DNA of 64,000 bases from Phoronis australis (Eukaryota; Animalia; Phoronida), in contig NMRA01000056.1 in the NCBI GenBank assembly GCA_002633005.1, positions 715,015 through 779,014 on the forward strand. The letters run 5' to 3'. Numbering within the stretch: the stretch's first letter is position 1; the number at the start of each line of letters is the position of its first letter. The position numbers and the translations under genes are program-made. Below the pieces are notes generated by a model that saw only the letters and a program-made list of their open reading frames with translations, ran no database searches and was not told the DNA's origin. Positions 1 through 14,691 of the stretch are shown here, one piece after another.

Positions 1-787
1 CAATCATCCTTTTAGCAGTTAACGGTTGATAGATGGGTGGACGCAAAAAACAGACTTGAAAACAGTAAAAATGGCCACTAGGTGGCATAAACTACATTGA
101 ATCCATCCGAAAACGGGAGGATAGCATCACCTCACTAATAGGTGCCTACATATTGAATTTCATGAAAATCCGTAAAGGACTTTTGAAGATACAACGGTAA
201 ACGTAAAAAAATAAAATTGCCACTAGGGGGCACACCGGTAGTCGTATTTGTCCAAAAGTCGTCATCGTCCATTGTAAACATCATATAACCATACTTACTA
301 AATTTCGTCGAAATCGTCGGAAAATCATCGTCAACCGTCCTCTTCACAGTAAGCACATACATGCCAATTTCACAATCATTCTTTGAGCGGTTTGGTTGAT
401 AGAGGGGTGGATGCAAAAAAACAGACTTTAAACAGTAAAAATGGCCACTAGGTGGCGCAAACTACATTGAATCCATCCAAAAACGGGAGGATAACGTCAC
501 CTCACTAATAGGTGCCAACATACCAAATTTCATGAAAATCCGTTCAGGACTTCTGAAGATACAAAGGTAAGCGTAAAAACTAAAATTGCCACTAGGGGGC
601 ACACCGGTAGTCGGATCTGTCCGAAAGTTCGCTCAAGCCGTCCCATTCATAAATGGAACACATGTGCCAAATTTCATGAACGCATGTCGAAGGGTTTTGG
701 AGATAAAGCAGTGGACGCCGGACGGACGCCGTCCGGACGGAGATGACGGCATAATGCGCCCACATAAAATATGTGGGCGCATAAAAA
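1..787 (-). mobile_element. Helentron-associated non-autonomous element (HINE/DINE-1-like), copy A, truncated by the window edge
   Basis: Ends on + with a GGAC-type microsatellite, the atgcgcccacat...atgtgggcgcat inverted repeat and an A-run. Internal ~370-bp tandem unit (atggccacta at 71 and 441). Homologous to 29437-30225 and 32895-34174. Confidence 0.7.
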
Positions 788-789
788 TC

Positions 790-1040
790 ACATAATTTTA
801 GGCAAGCAATTTCTGTCACAGAATGTCACCATGTCACAGGCAATCAGTTCTTTATAATAAGCAACAGCTGATGAACAAAAGAAGTCATATCAAACAAAAC
901 TCATCTTTGATAAATGTTTCATAGAACCTTTTCAAAGTTTGGCACTCCTGTGGGGTTTCAGCAGTTCCGGGTCAGTATGCTTTTTGTTGACATAGTAACC
1001 AACGCGGATGTACTCCTTGTTTTTATATGAACACCGAACA
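790..1040 (-). pseudogene. ASF1: Unprocessed ASF1 pseudogene fragment (3' half of exon 3 plus start of intron 3)
   Basis: Minus strand reads [24 protein letters not shown], then a 2-nt deletion, then PTGVPNFEK|gt (donor at 927). The following ~140 nt align with ASF1 intron 3 (47235-47375), e.g. cctgtgacat..tgacattctgtgacagaaattgcttg vs cctgtgacaa..tgacattctgcgacaaaacttgcttg. Confidence 0.9.
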
Positions 1041-4000
1041 TGGCAGTTTGGGACACAATATGGCAGACTGGTGAAATTATTTTTGATTTTGTCAAATTTC
1101 TCAACAAAATTAACTTTTCAGTTAAATTTATTTTGCTCTCATCTGGAACACATGGTAAAGATTGCAACAATGTGGTAACCCTCTGAAAAATACAAATATG
1201 ACAATTTCAGTAATAATTTTTGTCGATGATATTCTTATTTTTTTAATTGTGGCTACCATAACTATGCTCTCTTGAAGATATCATTTCTCACAACTGAATA
1301 ACAACATGTCTGACTGGACTCCATATTTTTTAACTTTGCCTGTCACATGATCAAACTCCAACTGCCTAAAAACACACACACAGTCCACACTTTGCAATAT
1401 CCAGCATACAAAAATGGCAGAAAAGAAGACATCTTGATGAACTTGAGATATGTTGTGCTTCAGCATTGCCATAGTTTGTACTATAAATCTACCACAGAAC
1501 AAAACTTTGCCTTCATTTTGAGCTATTTAACAATGCAATCAGGGATGAAAATGAAAAAAAAAAACATGTTATTATGTCATGTTTGCACAACTAGGTTTCA
1601 ATAGTGCAGTGCTTGAACACGACAGGCTACTTCAGAAATGATGAGATTGTAAACAATCTTGGACGACATTTGAGATCGTCAACACCCATTTAAGAAGGGA
1701 GGCTTGAGTTCGCTAGTGACAAGTGGTGCAAAATTAAAGGTACTACTTTTGACATCTGCAGAGATTGAAAACAGGGTGATCGTGTGAAAAGGGAAATTCT
1801 ATGAGAAGGGCCCTTGTTTCACTTGTGACGCACGAGCGTACCCCCACCTCCCTAGAAATCCATGAGCTAAATATGACTAGATACCTTACCAGCCACAGAA
1901 ATGAACATCAAACTAGGAACTGTGCACAATTTGAACCGATAACATCAAAGACATGCTTACTTTTAAAGCTCACAAACAAATTAGCAAAGACATGTTGAAA
2001 CAAAACAACACCAAGTCATTTGAAGCACTAACTACGTAGGTCAAGCAGAAATCATAGACTTCAATATTGGAATGAATCAAGTTAGCCACCGCGAGTCTCT
2101 CTGTGAAGTAATCAATGAACTTCGTTTAGTGTACGGTTTAACCATGTGTAACTAGCAACGCTAACTGATCACATTAAACAAAAAAAAACAAAAACCAAAC
2201 AAATGGTCCATTCCCAAAAATGATTCAAAACAAAGGTACCAACAGATGGTGCTGCACGAGACATAGTCGTCAAAACTTTTAACAAGAAAACAAAAACGCA
2301 TTCAGTTTTTAACTTTAAATATTTCTTTTGGACTTTTGGACTCTAAAAATTTAAAGGAAGTTGTCCCGACTAAATAAATACTAACAATCTGCAATATCGA
2401 ATTGTTCTAACCAAGTAGATATGACCCATGTTCGGGTAGACACACACTCCAACAAAGTCAAACTAAATAACTCTGAAACCCCATGTTTTGCTATACTCAA
2501 CACCCTTATTTTAAATAACCCATTTACAGTTTAAAATCAGTTTGTTGTCCAAGTAGATTGATAAATCATTCAGCCTTAAACCCCCACCTGGTGGTGGTTC
2601 CAGTCCTTACCTTATGAAGTCCACCGCACAACTGAATCAATTTGTCGCAGATGAAAGACAACATAGTAGTTGCGGATGTCCAGATTTCAGTTCCAGTGCT
2701 TACTAAGTTGTTTTGATAACATTTTGAGAATTTACCCATTGGTAAACATACTACTTTTTACTACTGTCGTGGGATTTAGCCGGAGAACAAATAGTAAATG
2801 CCGCGACAACAACTTAATGACCAGTCATTTATAATTCATGAACGTCTGGACAGGACCTTGACCAATGTGTATGCATGGATTCCTTCAGTGTTCCGCACCC
2901 AATCCAATTCATTCTTTACAGTCTAAACGGATCAGCAATCAGGGTTAATTGGTACCCAGTAAATGTATTCTAAACTTCAGTATACACAGAGTACGGCCTT
3001 CCCATTCCAAACTTCAGTATACACAGAGTACAGCCTTCTCAATTCAAATTCCTTGAGCATACGGTAACCCAAAAGTATAGTTGACCTCTCAACATATTTG
3101 AACACAACAAAGAGAAAACTAGCACCCTTGTGCCAAATATATAATTGCTCCAGTAGAAATAACTTTTCTTGTGGTCAGGTAACACACCATTCCATGAGCA
3201 GTGAATTATAAACAGCTTGCGCCAACAATCCTATAAAAACACACACCAAGGCGCCCTGGACAAAAGCTGTGTTCAGACCAACCTAGGAACCGCTAACTAT
3301 ACCCTCTTGTAACTCTTTCTATAGTTTCACAGTTATGCAATCGGCACCTTTCACAAAAACTGTTTTAGTGGCCAGTAGTTGTCAGAGCTATTGCCTTCCA
3401 ATATTCTCCCCAGTCAATACCATGGTTGCCATTGTTTCCAAGGAGATTTGACAGCAATGACACTGGAGTTACAACTTTTGAAAATGCCATGTTCACAGCC
3501 AGTTGCTATAGTTACAACCATCACTAAACCACCTTCCCAGAGAGTTAACTGCACTATAATAGTTACCACATATACAAGACCAGTTCTAAACTGTTCACAC
3601 ACAGAGTTATAACCTTTGACTCTGTTTCAAAAGGTATAACCCCTTTGTTGTAAACAGTGCAAGTCTCCAAACAAGTACCCATGAAGAAACAAAAAATAAT
3701 TTGTTAATTGTAATTTACTAAGGTGCTTTTTCAGGACTCAAACCATAGGAATCAACATTACAGACAACCAACTTCAATTCCAACTCCACATATTCTCTTT
3801 ATTCCTCAAATTTACAACAAAAATATCTAGAGGGCTCTACAGGGCGCCAATAGGGAAAAATCCTGTACAAGCCACTAAGTACACTCCTGTTTCTTGGAAA
3901 AGGCAGCTTTCACTGAATTGCACACCATCCCAAAGCTGTGTAACTGCTCACTAAAATGGTGGTATCATGTGTGCTATAATGGCTCACAGGAACCAAGAAC

Positions 4001-7000
4001 AGTACTATTTCTACCATAAGGTGACACGTGAAATTCCAAAAATTTCGCCAAGTAAAAATCCTGGCTGTGCTCAACCTCGCTTTGACGTGGAACTAGTTTA
4101 GCAATGGAATAGAGATTACCGCACTTTAAGAAATAATCATTGGGAAACATAATGGATATTCGTTAGGTATCAAATGTCAACTTCTGATTCATGTCATATG
4201 GACATTATAGCAATTCCAGAGATAGTTTGGTGTGATTATTCACAGTGGTGAGGCCTGACCTAGCTGAGCAACACTGCAGCCAGGAAGCCCTGCTCAGCAA
4301 GTGGCTTTGTTTTCTCTTTACGGTTATGTACGAGACCAGAAAAATGTCCAAATTCGGCCAACTTAGGAACACCATGTATCAGAAATGAGAGATTGGATTG
4401 ACATGAAACTTTCAGGTGCTTTGCTTTATGCGTTGTTCTCCAAAATGCTGTAAGAAATTGTTTCGAAGATGTTCCACTTTCATACCAAATACAAAGCTAT
4501 TATAATTTTTAATGAAGAAGTGCAAATGTTGCACAAAACGAAATAATTAAGAAAACTGCAATATTTTTTGAAATTTTATCTTGAACATTTATATTAAACA
4601 AGCTTTGATCATGTTATTGAATATTGATACTGCAATTTTGCCAACAACGTGCCTTTCTTTTTTGCTAAATTTCACTAAAAAAAGACGTGGTCACATGACC
4701 CAATTAATGACAAATCGATAAAAAGTAAAATTCAAATTCTAAAAGCTATACCAACTATCTATTGTTTTGTAGACACTTGGCTAAATATGAAGACTTGTCG
4801 ACAAGATACCCTACATACCGTAGTCTTAACTTGCTAACAACACCTGAGAGTTCATTGGCTTGTACAGAATAAAAACGATTGTTAAGATATGATTTATGGT
4901 ACAATAAACTTTACAGCAAACTCTGTCCCAAACAGAAATATACCACACTATAACAGAAATTTTGCCTTGAGGCTATAAAAGCACAAGTCACTTTCTCAGT
5001 AGAAGCAAAACTTTGCTTTTACCGAAGTTTCTGTACGTGGAAAAGGTTAACTCCCGTAGTTAACCTGCAAGTGAAACTTTGCTTAAAATAAGATTTAAAA
5101 GCGAAGCTTCGGTAGTGGGAACACTAAATGCGAAGCTTCATCAAAGTTATCGGTAGAGGTCATGGCAACAACATATGATCACATGACTCGCAAAACGTGT
5201 TCTTTGTAATAGTAGCATAGCGTGCTCTCAATAGATGGACGTAAATAAATATAAGAAAGCATATCTGATGAAGAATGACACTGATCATTTTCATAGACAC
5301 CCGTAAATAGCAGGAGAACCATTTTCAATTAGCCTCAAACCCACTACTCAATATTCGTTGGAGAGTACGAATGAACTGCGTCGTCTGTTGTCATAGCGGT
5401 AACTTTGATATCGATGCTTAGTAAGAAGGGTATGCGACGTTTCGGTGAAGATTCGGTAAACCAAAGTTCCCCTAATGGGATAGAAGTTAGTTACACATGG
5501 TCATGGACGCCCTGAGAAATTGAGAATGAAATTTTGGATACCTTCTTTTCGAAACCTTGCACGAACCCCTGGCAGTGGAGCTCAAGTAAAAACTCCCAAG
5601 CTGTCTAATGCCCCAGCACAACATGCACATCGTTGTTGGAACAACTGTCTCAACGACAGTCACGGGCTTCAGGTTTTCAAGAATATTGGCTTATGGGCCA
5701 GTGTTGATGAATAGAAGTATGAACTAAGCTGTGAAATTTACCTCAGTCCTTGTTAGCCTCACACAGGTGAAATGCTCACTTACATAACAACTACATTCTT
5801 AGTAAACAACACAAATGTAGTAATTGTGGTTACAATGACGCAGGTAAGGAGAGAGATTTGTTGCAGACAGATGATGCAAAGACTAATATTCAAATCACAT
5901 CAATTGGTTGATTCAAACAATTCTCAAGAACACGCCCAACAATCAAAATTGTTTTTTTCAAAAAAAGCCATTAAAATGTCAATCTCATATCAAGGTACAT
6001 TAGACAGCAGTAGATCAAAGATAACATAAATTTATAGTACTTTAATACTACGGGTGTTTTTACACAAAGGCTTGACACAGAACGAGTGCTCACATCGCGA
6101 GTTCTGTTTACGTGACATTATCTGAAACTGTACCATCACGCACTTATCAGTCACAGAGGTCAGTCTGCGCAACACAAGAGTGAACAATAGTAAATGCCCA
6201 AAACCACATAGAATTCACCACATTTCACTCACACTTCTGATGCTGAAAGAATGCCGATGACGGCGGCATGAGCTTCGACCGTAGTATCTGCAATAAATGG
6301 TCGTTGCTTCGGCTGATGTTTTCATAACACCACGATGCTAAAAACACATATAAAAAGGCACATGACAGCTGGAATTCTACATGATTTTGGGCATTTACCA
6401 ATGTTGAGCCTGACATGCAGTGCCCTCTTGTGACTGCCTGCAGTGCTGATCTAGTTTTCCTTAATGTCGTGTAAGCAACTTGCGCCATGACTATTCGTTC
6501 CAGGCAAAACGTTTCATATTTCCACTGTACATGCCTCTTATTGCCAACTCTTTCATCATTTAAGCACAGTGTGAATGTGTATATGAAACGTTCCTTTCCT
6601 CCTCCCCATTAACTTAACATTTAACATTCTTTACATGTTGACTTGATAAAAAATTATTGTTTGCTGTCTTACAAAGACCAGATCTGAGGCACAGAACTGT
6701 AGACTACTCATTTTTTATATTGTCTGGACAAATAATGGGTAAAAAACATCGAGGGTTTGTCATGTGAAAGTAACTACACACTTACTAGAACAAGTGACAT
6801 GAGACATTTTCTGAATCATGTTGCTAACAACAACCACCAACAGTAGTGACAGTAAAGCAATTACAAAATTATATGCAAAAACACAGCTGTTCCTCGCTGA
6901 ACAAAAACCTTGAAGGTACATATTACGATATTTTGTAAAAATGCTTGACATATTGGTAAAATTAGGCACTAGTAAATTTGAATCAAATTTCGAGTGAAAT

Positions 7001-8658
7001 TTTGTGAACTCGGGGGCCCCTGATGACAAAGTAGAACCGATACAGTTTATGAGACACAGTTACAACACCCTACCTATACACATCCAAGGCAACAGGCTAC
7101 TCGTGTCTGTCCAGTTGTTTTGATATCAAACAGAAAATTTTAATGAGACACACGTACAAATTCCAAATTCATTGACCATTTATAGTACATCATATCATCA
7201 GAGAACTCAACAGAAATGAATTTTTTCAAGATTGCATAGTAGTTTGCCTGTGGCCTGCTTCTCAAGCATTCTATTGGCTTTTTTACTTCCAATTTCAGAT
7301 CAATTTATGGATGGCTTAGCCTGTTTCACAATAACAGACTAAGGTTTAAAGTCAGAAATTTGTTAATGACTTGTAGTCAAAGAACAGAAATCTGTAGTCT
7401 GCTTGAATAGACAGAAGACAAAACCTTTTGAAAATGCAAAAGACAAATAGAAACAATTTTTGGCTATTCGTTACAGTCAAAAGACAAAAGTCAAGAGTCT
7501 TTTCAAGAAACAAACTACAGGAAATAAAATACGTACGTGTGTGTACGTGTGTGGGTGGGCGTGCGTGTGTGTGTACACTAAAACTGAAATGGTGACATGT
7601 CTCTTCAGAATAAATCGGTTTAAATTATAGCCTCGTCAGCCTTCAGAGATTGAGTAAAACAGTTTCCTAACACGAAATTACACTCCAGGGATGGATTTCA
7701 AACATGATAGTCTTTTGGAAATATTAACACAGCTAATACGCCCGGAAATGGGGAAAACATTGAATGAGATAGACCGCAGGAACTCGACTACAAATTTGCA
7801 AAACACGAGATAAAATATAAAAGATTGAGCCCAAAGACTGAAGAATACATGAAACCCTGAGGATGCAGTAAACAACAATTCATCAAGAGTTTTATGCGCC
7901 TTCTAGTAATCAATATTAATTGGCAACTCTCGCTTGTGACCTTCTAACAAACTTTTAACTGGAAATATACCGGTACATCAACTACTAGTAGTACGATACA
8001 ACAGGAGAATGCTAAGCCCTCCCCAGCTCAAAATAAATTTCAATTTGNCCCCCCGAAAGTGCCCTCGAGTTCCCACTCCTTTCATTTTACAATGGCTCCT
8101 TCATTGTGACAATCCTCAATCTTAGAACAATTTCTTAGTTGGAGCTCTACAATAAAACATAATGATAAAAGTGTTTATTTGGAATTACTTATTTTTATGA
8201 AAAAAGCAAGTTTCGGTTACCATCATATTGTGTCTTTAACTGGTGAGACTTCATCGTAAGCACTGTCTAGTTGTCGTAAGGACAGAAAATTGTTGTCAAC
8301 CCATTAGTAAATGTGTCATAGATTTTGACAAGAATCTGCATGTATCATGTATTCATCAGTTTTAAGAAGAACTTACCGGTAACTTTCGAAAAAATCAATA
8401 TGATTCTTTCTTTATGGCCGTACGAAATTTGAGCTCGCTAAAAACTATAAGATTTATGAACAGTCAACAGTCCGTGAAAGGTTGACAATTTTGACCTGCC
8501 TGTATTTGTGGCAGAATAAGAGACAATTTTGGCAATTATTTTTTATTGCAATGACTAAAGACTTACCACCTATACCACTACCAACACAAACACCTGCCCT
8601 CAACTCTACAGGGCATCCAATCAAATAAGTACAGATCAATTATATTTAACCTTCTTAA

Positions 8659-9087
8659 GTCCCTTCCACACTAACATCAAGGAGTACATGTTTTCGGGGA
8701 GTTACGGTCAGTATGAACGGTTAACTTCGGTCTCATCAAAGTTATCGCCTGGAGCCAGTGCTATCGTCAACAATTAAAGGGTAGTGTCATCACTTATTGA
8801 TGCTTAGAATTTGCTTGAATAATGACCAATTGAATTAGAAATAAGTTCTACATCAATTAGCACACATAAATGTTCTCAAGTTGTAACATTAAAAAATGTT
8901 AGCGCGCACCTGATGCACCACCGTGATGCACCACCGCTACCTTGTAGTATTATTTCGATGACGACAGCGCCACCTAACAGTTACTTCAATGCCGTTACTT
9001 ACCGAAGCTGGTATGAACAATTCAATTAACTTCGCAGTTTACGTCAACACTCAGCTCATAATGGAGTTAAGTTAGCATGAAAGGGCC
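8659..9087. mobile_element. Harbinger-type MITE
   Basis: gtcccttccacactaac / gttagcatgaaagggcc TIR with TAA/TTA flanks. Partial homologue at 43111-43520. Confidence 0.6.
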
Positions 9088-9497
9088 TTACCCTACTTAA
9101 CTATAGAAACCAACCTCAGAACATGATGTTCACAATACATGTCTGAAGGTCTTCTTTCACTTTCTATCGTGCAGATTCACCTCTTTTTAAAACACATTAC
9201 ACAGAGCTGACCCTAACAACTGCTGCTGTTTTTTTCTTTTTACAGAGCAAACAACAGCATTAGTTCCAACCGACCAGTTTCCAAGCTGTAGCATAAAAGG
9301 AACACAAGTGTAGATTGCAGAGGTTATTGTCCTCAAATCACATCAACTAAAGCTGCTTTCATATTAGGGTTAGTCTGGACTAGTTTGCTGTAGGAACATA
9401 TTTTAGATCAGCCTGATAACCTACTGTACCTGTCACCTTTGTCACTTGACAGGACATAAACACTCCATCACTCTAACATTGAAGCTTTAATGTACTA

Positions 9498-11955
9498 CCG
9501 TAATCGTTCGGGTTAACGCCCCTACTCAGTTAACCGCCCATACTCAGTTAACCGCCCATCCCCGACTTTAAGTGGATTTTCGATTTAACCACCCACTGCT
9601 CGGTTAAGTGCCCCCGTGTGATTTTTGAAGATTTCCAGTTAAGCGCCCAGCTCTCAGTTAAGCGCCCATCCCCGACTTTTAAAGAATGAAGATTTAGAGC
9701 CTAGTGCTAAGGAAACGCGCTATTCCCCGACTTTTAGAAAAAGATCGACGATCACAATGAGTGCAACGACGCCGGCACTCCAAGACGGTGGTTTTGCAAT
9801 CTGAATTACAATAAAGGTAACGAGTTATTGTCTTGGGTCATGAACTCACTTCAAAATATAATACTTGAACCTTTTGTCACTTTATTTTCTTCCCTTGTTT
9901 GCAAAGTTTAAGAATGCCGCCGGCGTCAAAACCTCCGCTTTCAGCGACTTTGTCTGCCGCGCTGAGTTTCCGTCTGCAGTGCACTAGATAAAACATATAT
10001 TCCAAAAAATCAGGCCAGAGAAATGTGACAATGGTTTTGCCAACCCTCCAAATTATATTAAGGTGGGAAGCTCTCGTATTTTGAACAAATCTCACAACTC
10101 ACGGAAAGATGTCAAATTCTCAATATTTTGATGAATATAACTGCCGGGTTATAAAGGATGTGGGGCGACCAAAGGGACAGTACAAGTGCCTTACTGGGTT
10201 ACCGATTTCGTTGCTGCCTGTCGATTTCTGAATTCAAATGTTGGCAATAATGTATGTTTGTGTATGATCTTGAAGTAATAAAAAACGGCTAGTCAAATTT
10301 TGTTTTTCGCTTATTGCATCTCAGTCAAACTGGTTAGCAGATTTAACTAATGTCGCTGGCTGTTCTTTACTATTCTTGCGTCAGCCTACACGTAAGCGTG
10401 ACTGTGAATTATCATTTCCACATCCCCTTTTTAGCCATCCAGAATAATTTTGTTTATACATTGGCCATTTTCAGCCTGAACAAAAATTCTTACCATTCGA
10501 GTCTGAAATATCTACGGCGTACTGCTTGACGATAATGGGTAGCAGATTCACACATCTAGTTACAGGGATGGGCTTAGGAGCATCGAGCCGGGAAATACGG
10601 CAACAGACTTGACATCGCAGTTTTGGGGAACATTGGCAACGGAGGAATATCGTAAAGAACTGGGTCTTTCGTAACAACAGCTTAAAAGCACATAGTCACG
10701 CACGTTTTTGTTACTTCGGACTGTCGCTATGTGACTGATTTGTAGTGGTGCACGTGCGCAAGTTCCCACACCTTGGAGTGCATGTTACCTTGACACCAAC
10801 ATGTGATTGACAGGTGACTCACACGTAGGCCCTACGTGCGTGCTGAATACCGCCACTATCTTTGGCCATAAAAAACGAGATGCATATTGAAAGAGGCCGT
10901 TATATTAATTGACGGCATTTCCAAGTCACGATTGTCAGCCAACTGAGACATTGCGCGATAACAGCGGGACCAAACAGTGCCGCAGTGCGATATTACAAGT
11001 GATATAAATAGGATAATCTGGACATCTTGCATGAAAAATAAATGTTCTAACTTCCACCACGAAGGTTGGTAAGGTGATCGTTTAGAATAATGAATTGAAA
11101 CATTGCTGTTTTCTGACATTTTGTAACATATTTATGCAGTTGCTTGAAATTTCATTCTCGATCGACGACTGGCTCGACCACCCCCGATCCTCGTCTTACT
11201 TCTTTGCATAGCATGTTTGGCGCAACGGCAAGAGAGCAATGCCGGGCTGTCGAGATAACACAGCTAGCCGCAGAACCATACGCTGAAAATGTCATTGAGT
11301 CATGGAGTGTCGACTTTAACATCCCAAACACAAAAAAACAACAGAGTTAAGTTTTTCAAACATTTATTACAACCAATTTTAAAACTGCTCTCTGAGTCGG
11401 AACTTGACAGCTACATATAGTACGAGACTGTAACCATAAATTTGATGTCTGACCTCGGCAACACGTGAAGCTTGTACACGCGCACTTAAGCAGGGTCACA
11501 TCTTGAAACAGTTTTAATTCTAGTGGAGGCTGCGAGGTCACTGGTCGTCTGCGCACCGCAGGACGGCACGGGGCTATTACTCAGCAATTTTGTAAATTTA
11601 ATAGTGAATGACTAATCTGAGGTCAAGAGAACCTTTGTTGGGATCATCCGCTGTTATGATGTTTTCACAGTCATTTGGCGAATTGACAATAAAGCTCTTT
11701 GAAAAGGGCTACGTGTTCCAAGTATGATTGTCGTGTTCCAAGTATGATTGTCGTGTCGGGATTTAGATCGCCAGGTAAGATTAACCGCCCAGGGCGGTTG
11801 TCTGTCGTAATAAGCGCCCATGTTTGGTTAACCGCCCATCCCCTACTTTAGGTGGATTTTCGATTTAACCGCCCACTGCTCGGTTAACCGCCCTCCCCCC
11901 GATTTTTTGGATTCGCCAATTTAACTGCCCAGGGCGTTAACCCGAACGATTACGG
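9498..11955. mobile_element. Tc1/mariner-superfamily (Tc2/pogo-like, CCGTA-ended) non-autonomous element, 2.46 kb
   Basis: Perfect TIR ccgtaatcgttcgggttaacgccc with TA on both flanks; arrays of ttaa(c/g)cgccc subterminal motifs at both ends; CpG-rich interior; no transposase ORF. Confidence 0.85.
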
Positions 11956-14691
11956 TAAACACGAGATGTCACTCCAGTAATACTTCTAACGATCTCTAGT
12001 ATATCCGACCACCAATTGTCACTCTTATTTTGAGACATGTTTAAGATAAAAATTTTACAGTGAACAGTAAGTAGACGTAAATAACATCAACGTCGAGAGT
12101 GTGCGAAATGGCGGGAAGAACTCCGCATTCGCGTGAAGTGGGGAGAAAATTTAGGGCGGTCGAGCAATTAGTCCAGACCAAACCTTGCATACTGCGCTTA
12201 CATAATAGGACCAACTTAAGCTCGCTAGTCCGGTATTTTCAAAAATACTAAATTTAGTACCATATTAAATTGAGACCGCTCTATATCACCTTTCGAATTG
12301 GGTCTAAAATTCTTTCGTTAAGAAAGAACGTTATTCCGCCAATAAAATACCTATTGCAAAAGGCCATTAAACTAGGTCATAGTTTAGCTCCAAATTTTCA
12401 ACTACAGGAAAATCTCGTCAATTTTGGACAGAAATAATTCCAAAATTGGTCTTTATTTCTCAAAAGCTTCTGTCATCGTTTTGAATGAGCACAATTTCTC
12501 AGGAAATAGTCTGAAGGTACGGTAGTTATGACCTCTAGACCTTTAAAGTGTAATAGCATGTATTTAGTGCTACTTATCTTTGATTAAAAAATGAAAACAA
12601 AATTTTATTAGTCAACAATATTACGCCCAAAATTGCAGAGATTTTACTACAACTGCTTGTGCTCACACCAGGGGGAGCTACAACAGCTAAAGCTCAAGTT
12701 CCTAACTTTAGTCATAAGGTCAGTGCCTTTAGATTCAAGTTGAACAAATACCGCCCTGGAGCACCTTGCACTAGCGCATCTTATCGGCCCACACACACAC
12801 ATATAACTAGGGTAAGTACGGCAGCCGTTGTTCTGTGCATGACAATGAACAGTTAATGTGAATACTGGGTAGAGCGCAAAAGAAGGCCTTTCTGTATGAT
12901 CCGCAGCTGATAATTATTTCTGCCTTGTCCCAGGTTTGCAGCCACACAGGAATTAGAAGTGGCGCAAGTTACCCTAGAACAAGTCACCCTACCTAAATAA
13001 GGTGGGGGTAAGTTGCACTAGTCTAATATCGCCCACATAGCCTCCAAACCTATCCACAACTCCTTCCATGAGTAACTTGTTCTAGCGCAAGTTTGAGTGG
13101 AGAACACATGAAACTGCACTGACTATTCACACCAATTTACAACTGCTTGCTGTACCACCCTCACAGAGGGTTATAAAGGTGCTGCAGTTAAAGCTGTTGC
13201 AACAGTTTTTAAACAACCCAACCTTTAAATCAGATTTAAAAGATATAACTGCTTTGGTTTGAACAGGCCATAATTTGTAACAGGCTGTACAATGAATATA
13301 TAGTGGTGAACTATTTGGGGTAATACTGTAAATATCAATGCTTTATAAAAGACAATTGTGATTTCCAACATTGCTTTGACCCAGTCATTTAATTGAATGG
13401 GCGCACACTCCAATGGGTGTGAGTTATGGGAAAAAACCACTGCTGTTATTGAGCTGCCAACAAACAAGACCATGAATCTAATAACCCCTCCCCCCAGTAT
13501 GATAATTATTTTCGCCTATTTTCTATTTTTCAGAAGTTGGTTACTTTAGTGCAAATAACTGAAAGTTGTTTTACATCTCCACATTGCAAGACAAAAACTT
13601 TCTCAATCCTGGTTTTCGTGGAGATGCTTCACAAAACAGGATTTCCTGTGTTGGCCATATTATGTTTACTACTATTTTACGAATTTTTGTTTCTCTGAGG
13701 CGGACCTTTTTGCCCACTTCACCAATTGGAGTACAGCTCATTCAAGCCCCCCCCCGAGCCCNNNNNNNNNAAGCCCCCCCCCGAGCCCCCCTTGGTGCGC
13801 ACATCTACATTGCAAAAGTAATCTAAGTACAGAAACTCTTCATTCATTTCACACAAAAACACTTACCAAAACTGTCCTTTTTCTATTTTTCAATGGCTGC
13901 AACAGTAAAAAATCTTTCCCAAATGCCAATTTATGACAATCTACCAGGTGAAGACTAAGGTATGAAGGAATACTAAAAATTTTCGCAATCCTTACTTTTT
14001 GGGAAACATGACAAAACAAATTTCTCTAGTCCGTCATATTGTGTGCTAAATAGGTGAAAACAAATTGTTTTTGTTTTGCCTCACTGACAAGTGATGGCAT
14101 GAATGAGTGACAGTGACTGACAAAACCCTAACAGACCTGTTGCTATGTAAACTTGTTCCCATGGCAAGTCATGATGGCTGTCAATTACCACGAATCATTA
14201 AGACACTGATTGGTAAGGAATCTGTAACCAAAAAATAGCATAAACAATGTTAAGAAAAGATTGGCATGAAAATTCAGTCAAACGTCTGATCCTGATAAAA
14301 TAAAAAACCTCCCACCTTGTTAGTAGCCTAAGTCAGCCTGTATTTAGAATCTTTGCTAACATGCCAGGTCGAATTACAATCACATCAAATCTGCGGTATT
14401 ACATCAAATCTGGGGTGCCCAACACATACCAAGGAGTTTCAAATTCAACAAATTCCTTCAGTTTCACAACTACAGATTACTCCAGAAGTCTAAACTAGGG
14501 TGAATTGACCATCCTAAGAGCTAGAGCATTAGCCAAATCCCCACTGGAACTGGTAAGAAAAAAGGAACCATGTCAAAACCACTTCATCAACTCTCCATTG
14601 AGGGATCTACAAGCAGATACACATGGTGAACACTAAAGAAATGTGCAGAAAGTTGGAAAATCATTCTACACATGACATAACCATCTGTTTG

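Noticed and set aside
9510-9740. Short repeats with variable spacers, superficially CRISPR-like
   Set aside because: They are subterminal motifs of a TIR transposon in eukaryotic DNA; the spacers are irregular and there are no cas genes.
13744-13790. Direct repeat aagcccccccccgagccc
   Set aside because: The copies flank a run of Ns, so this is contig-end overlap.
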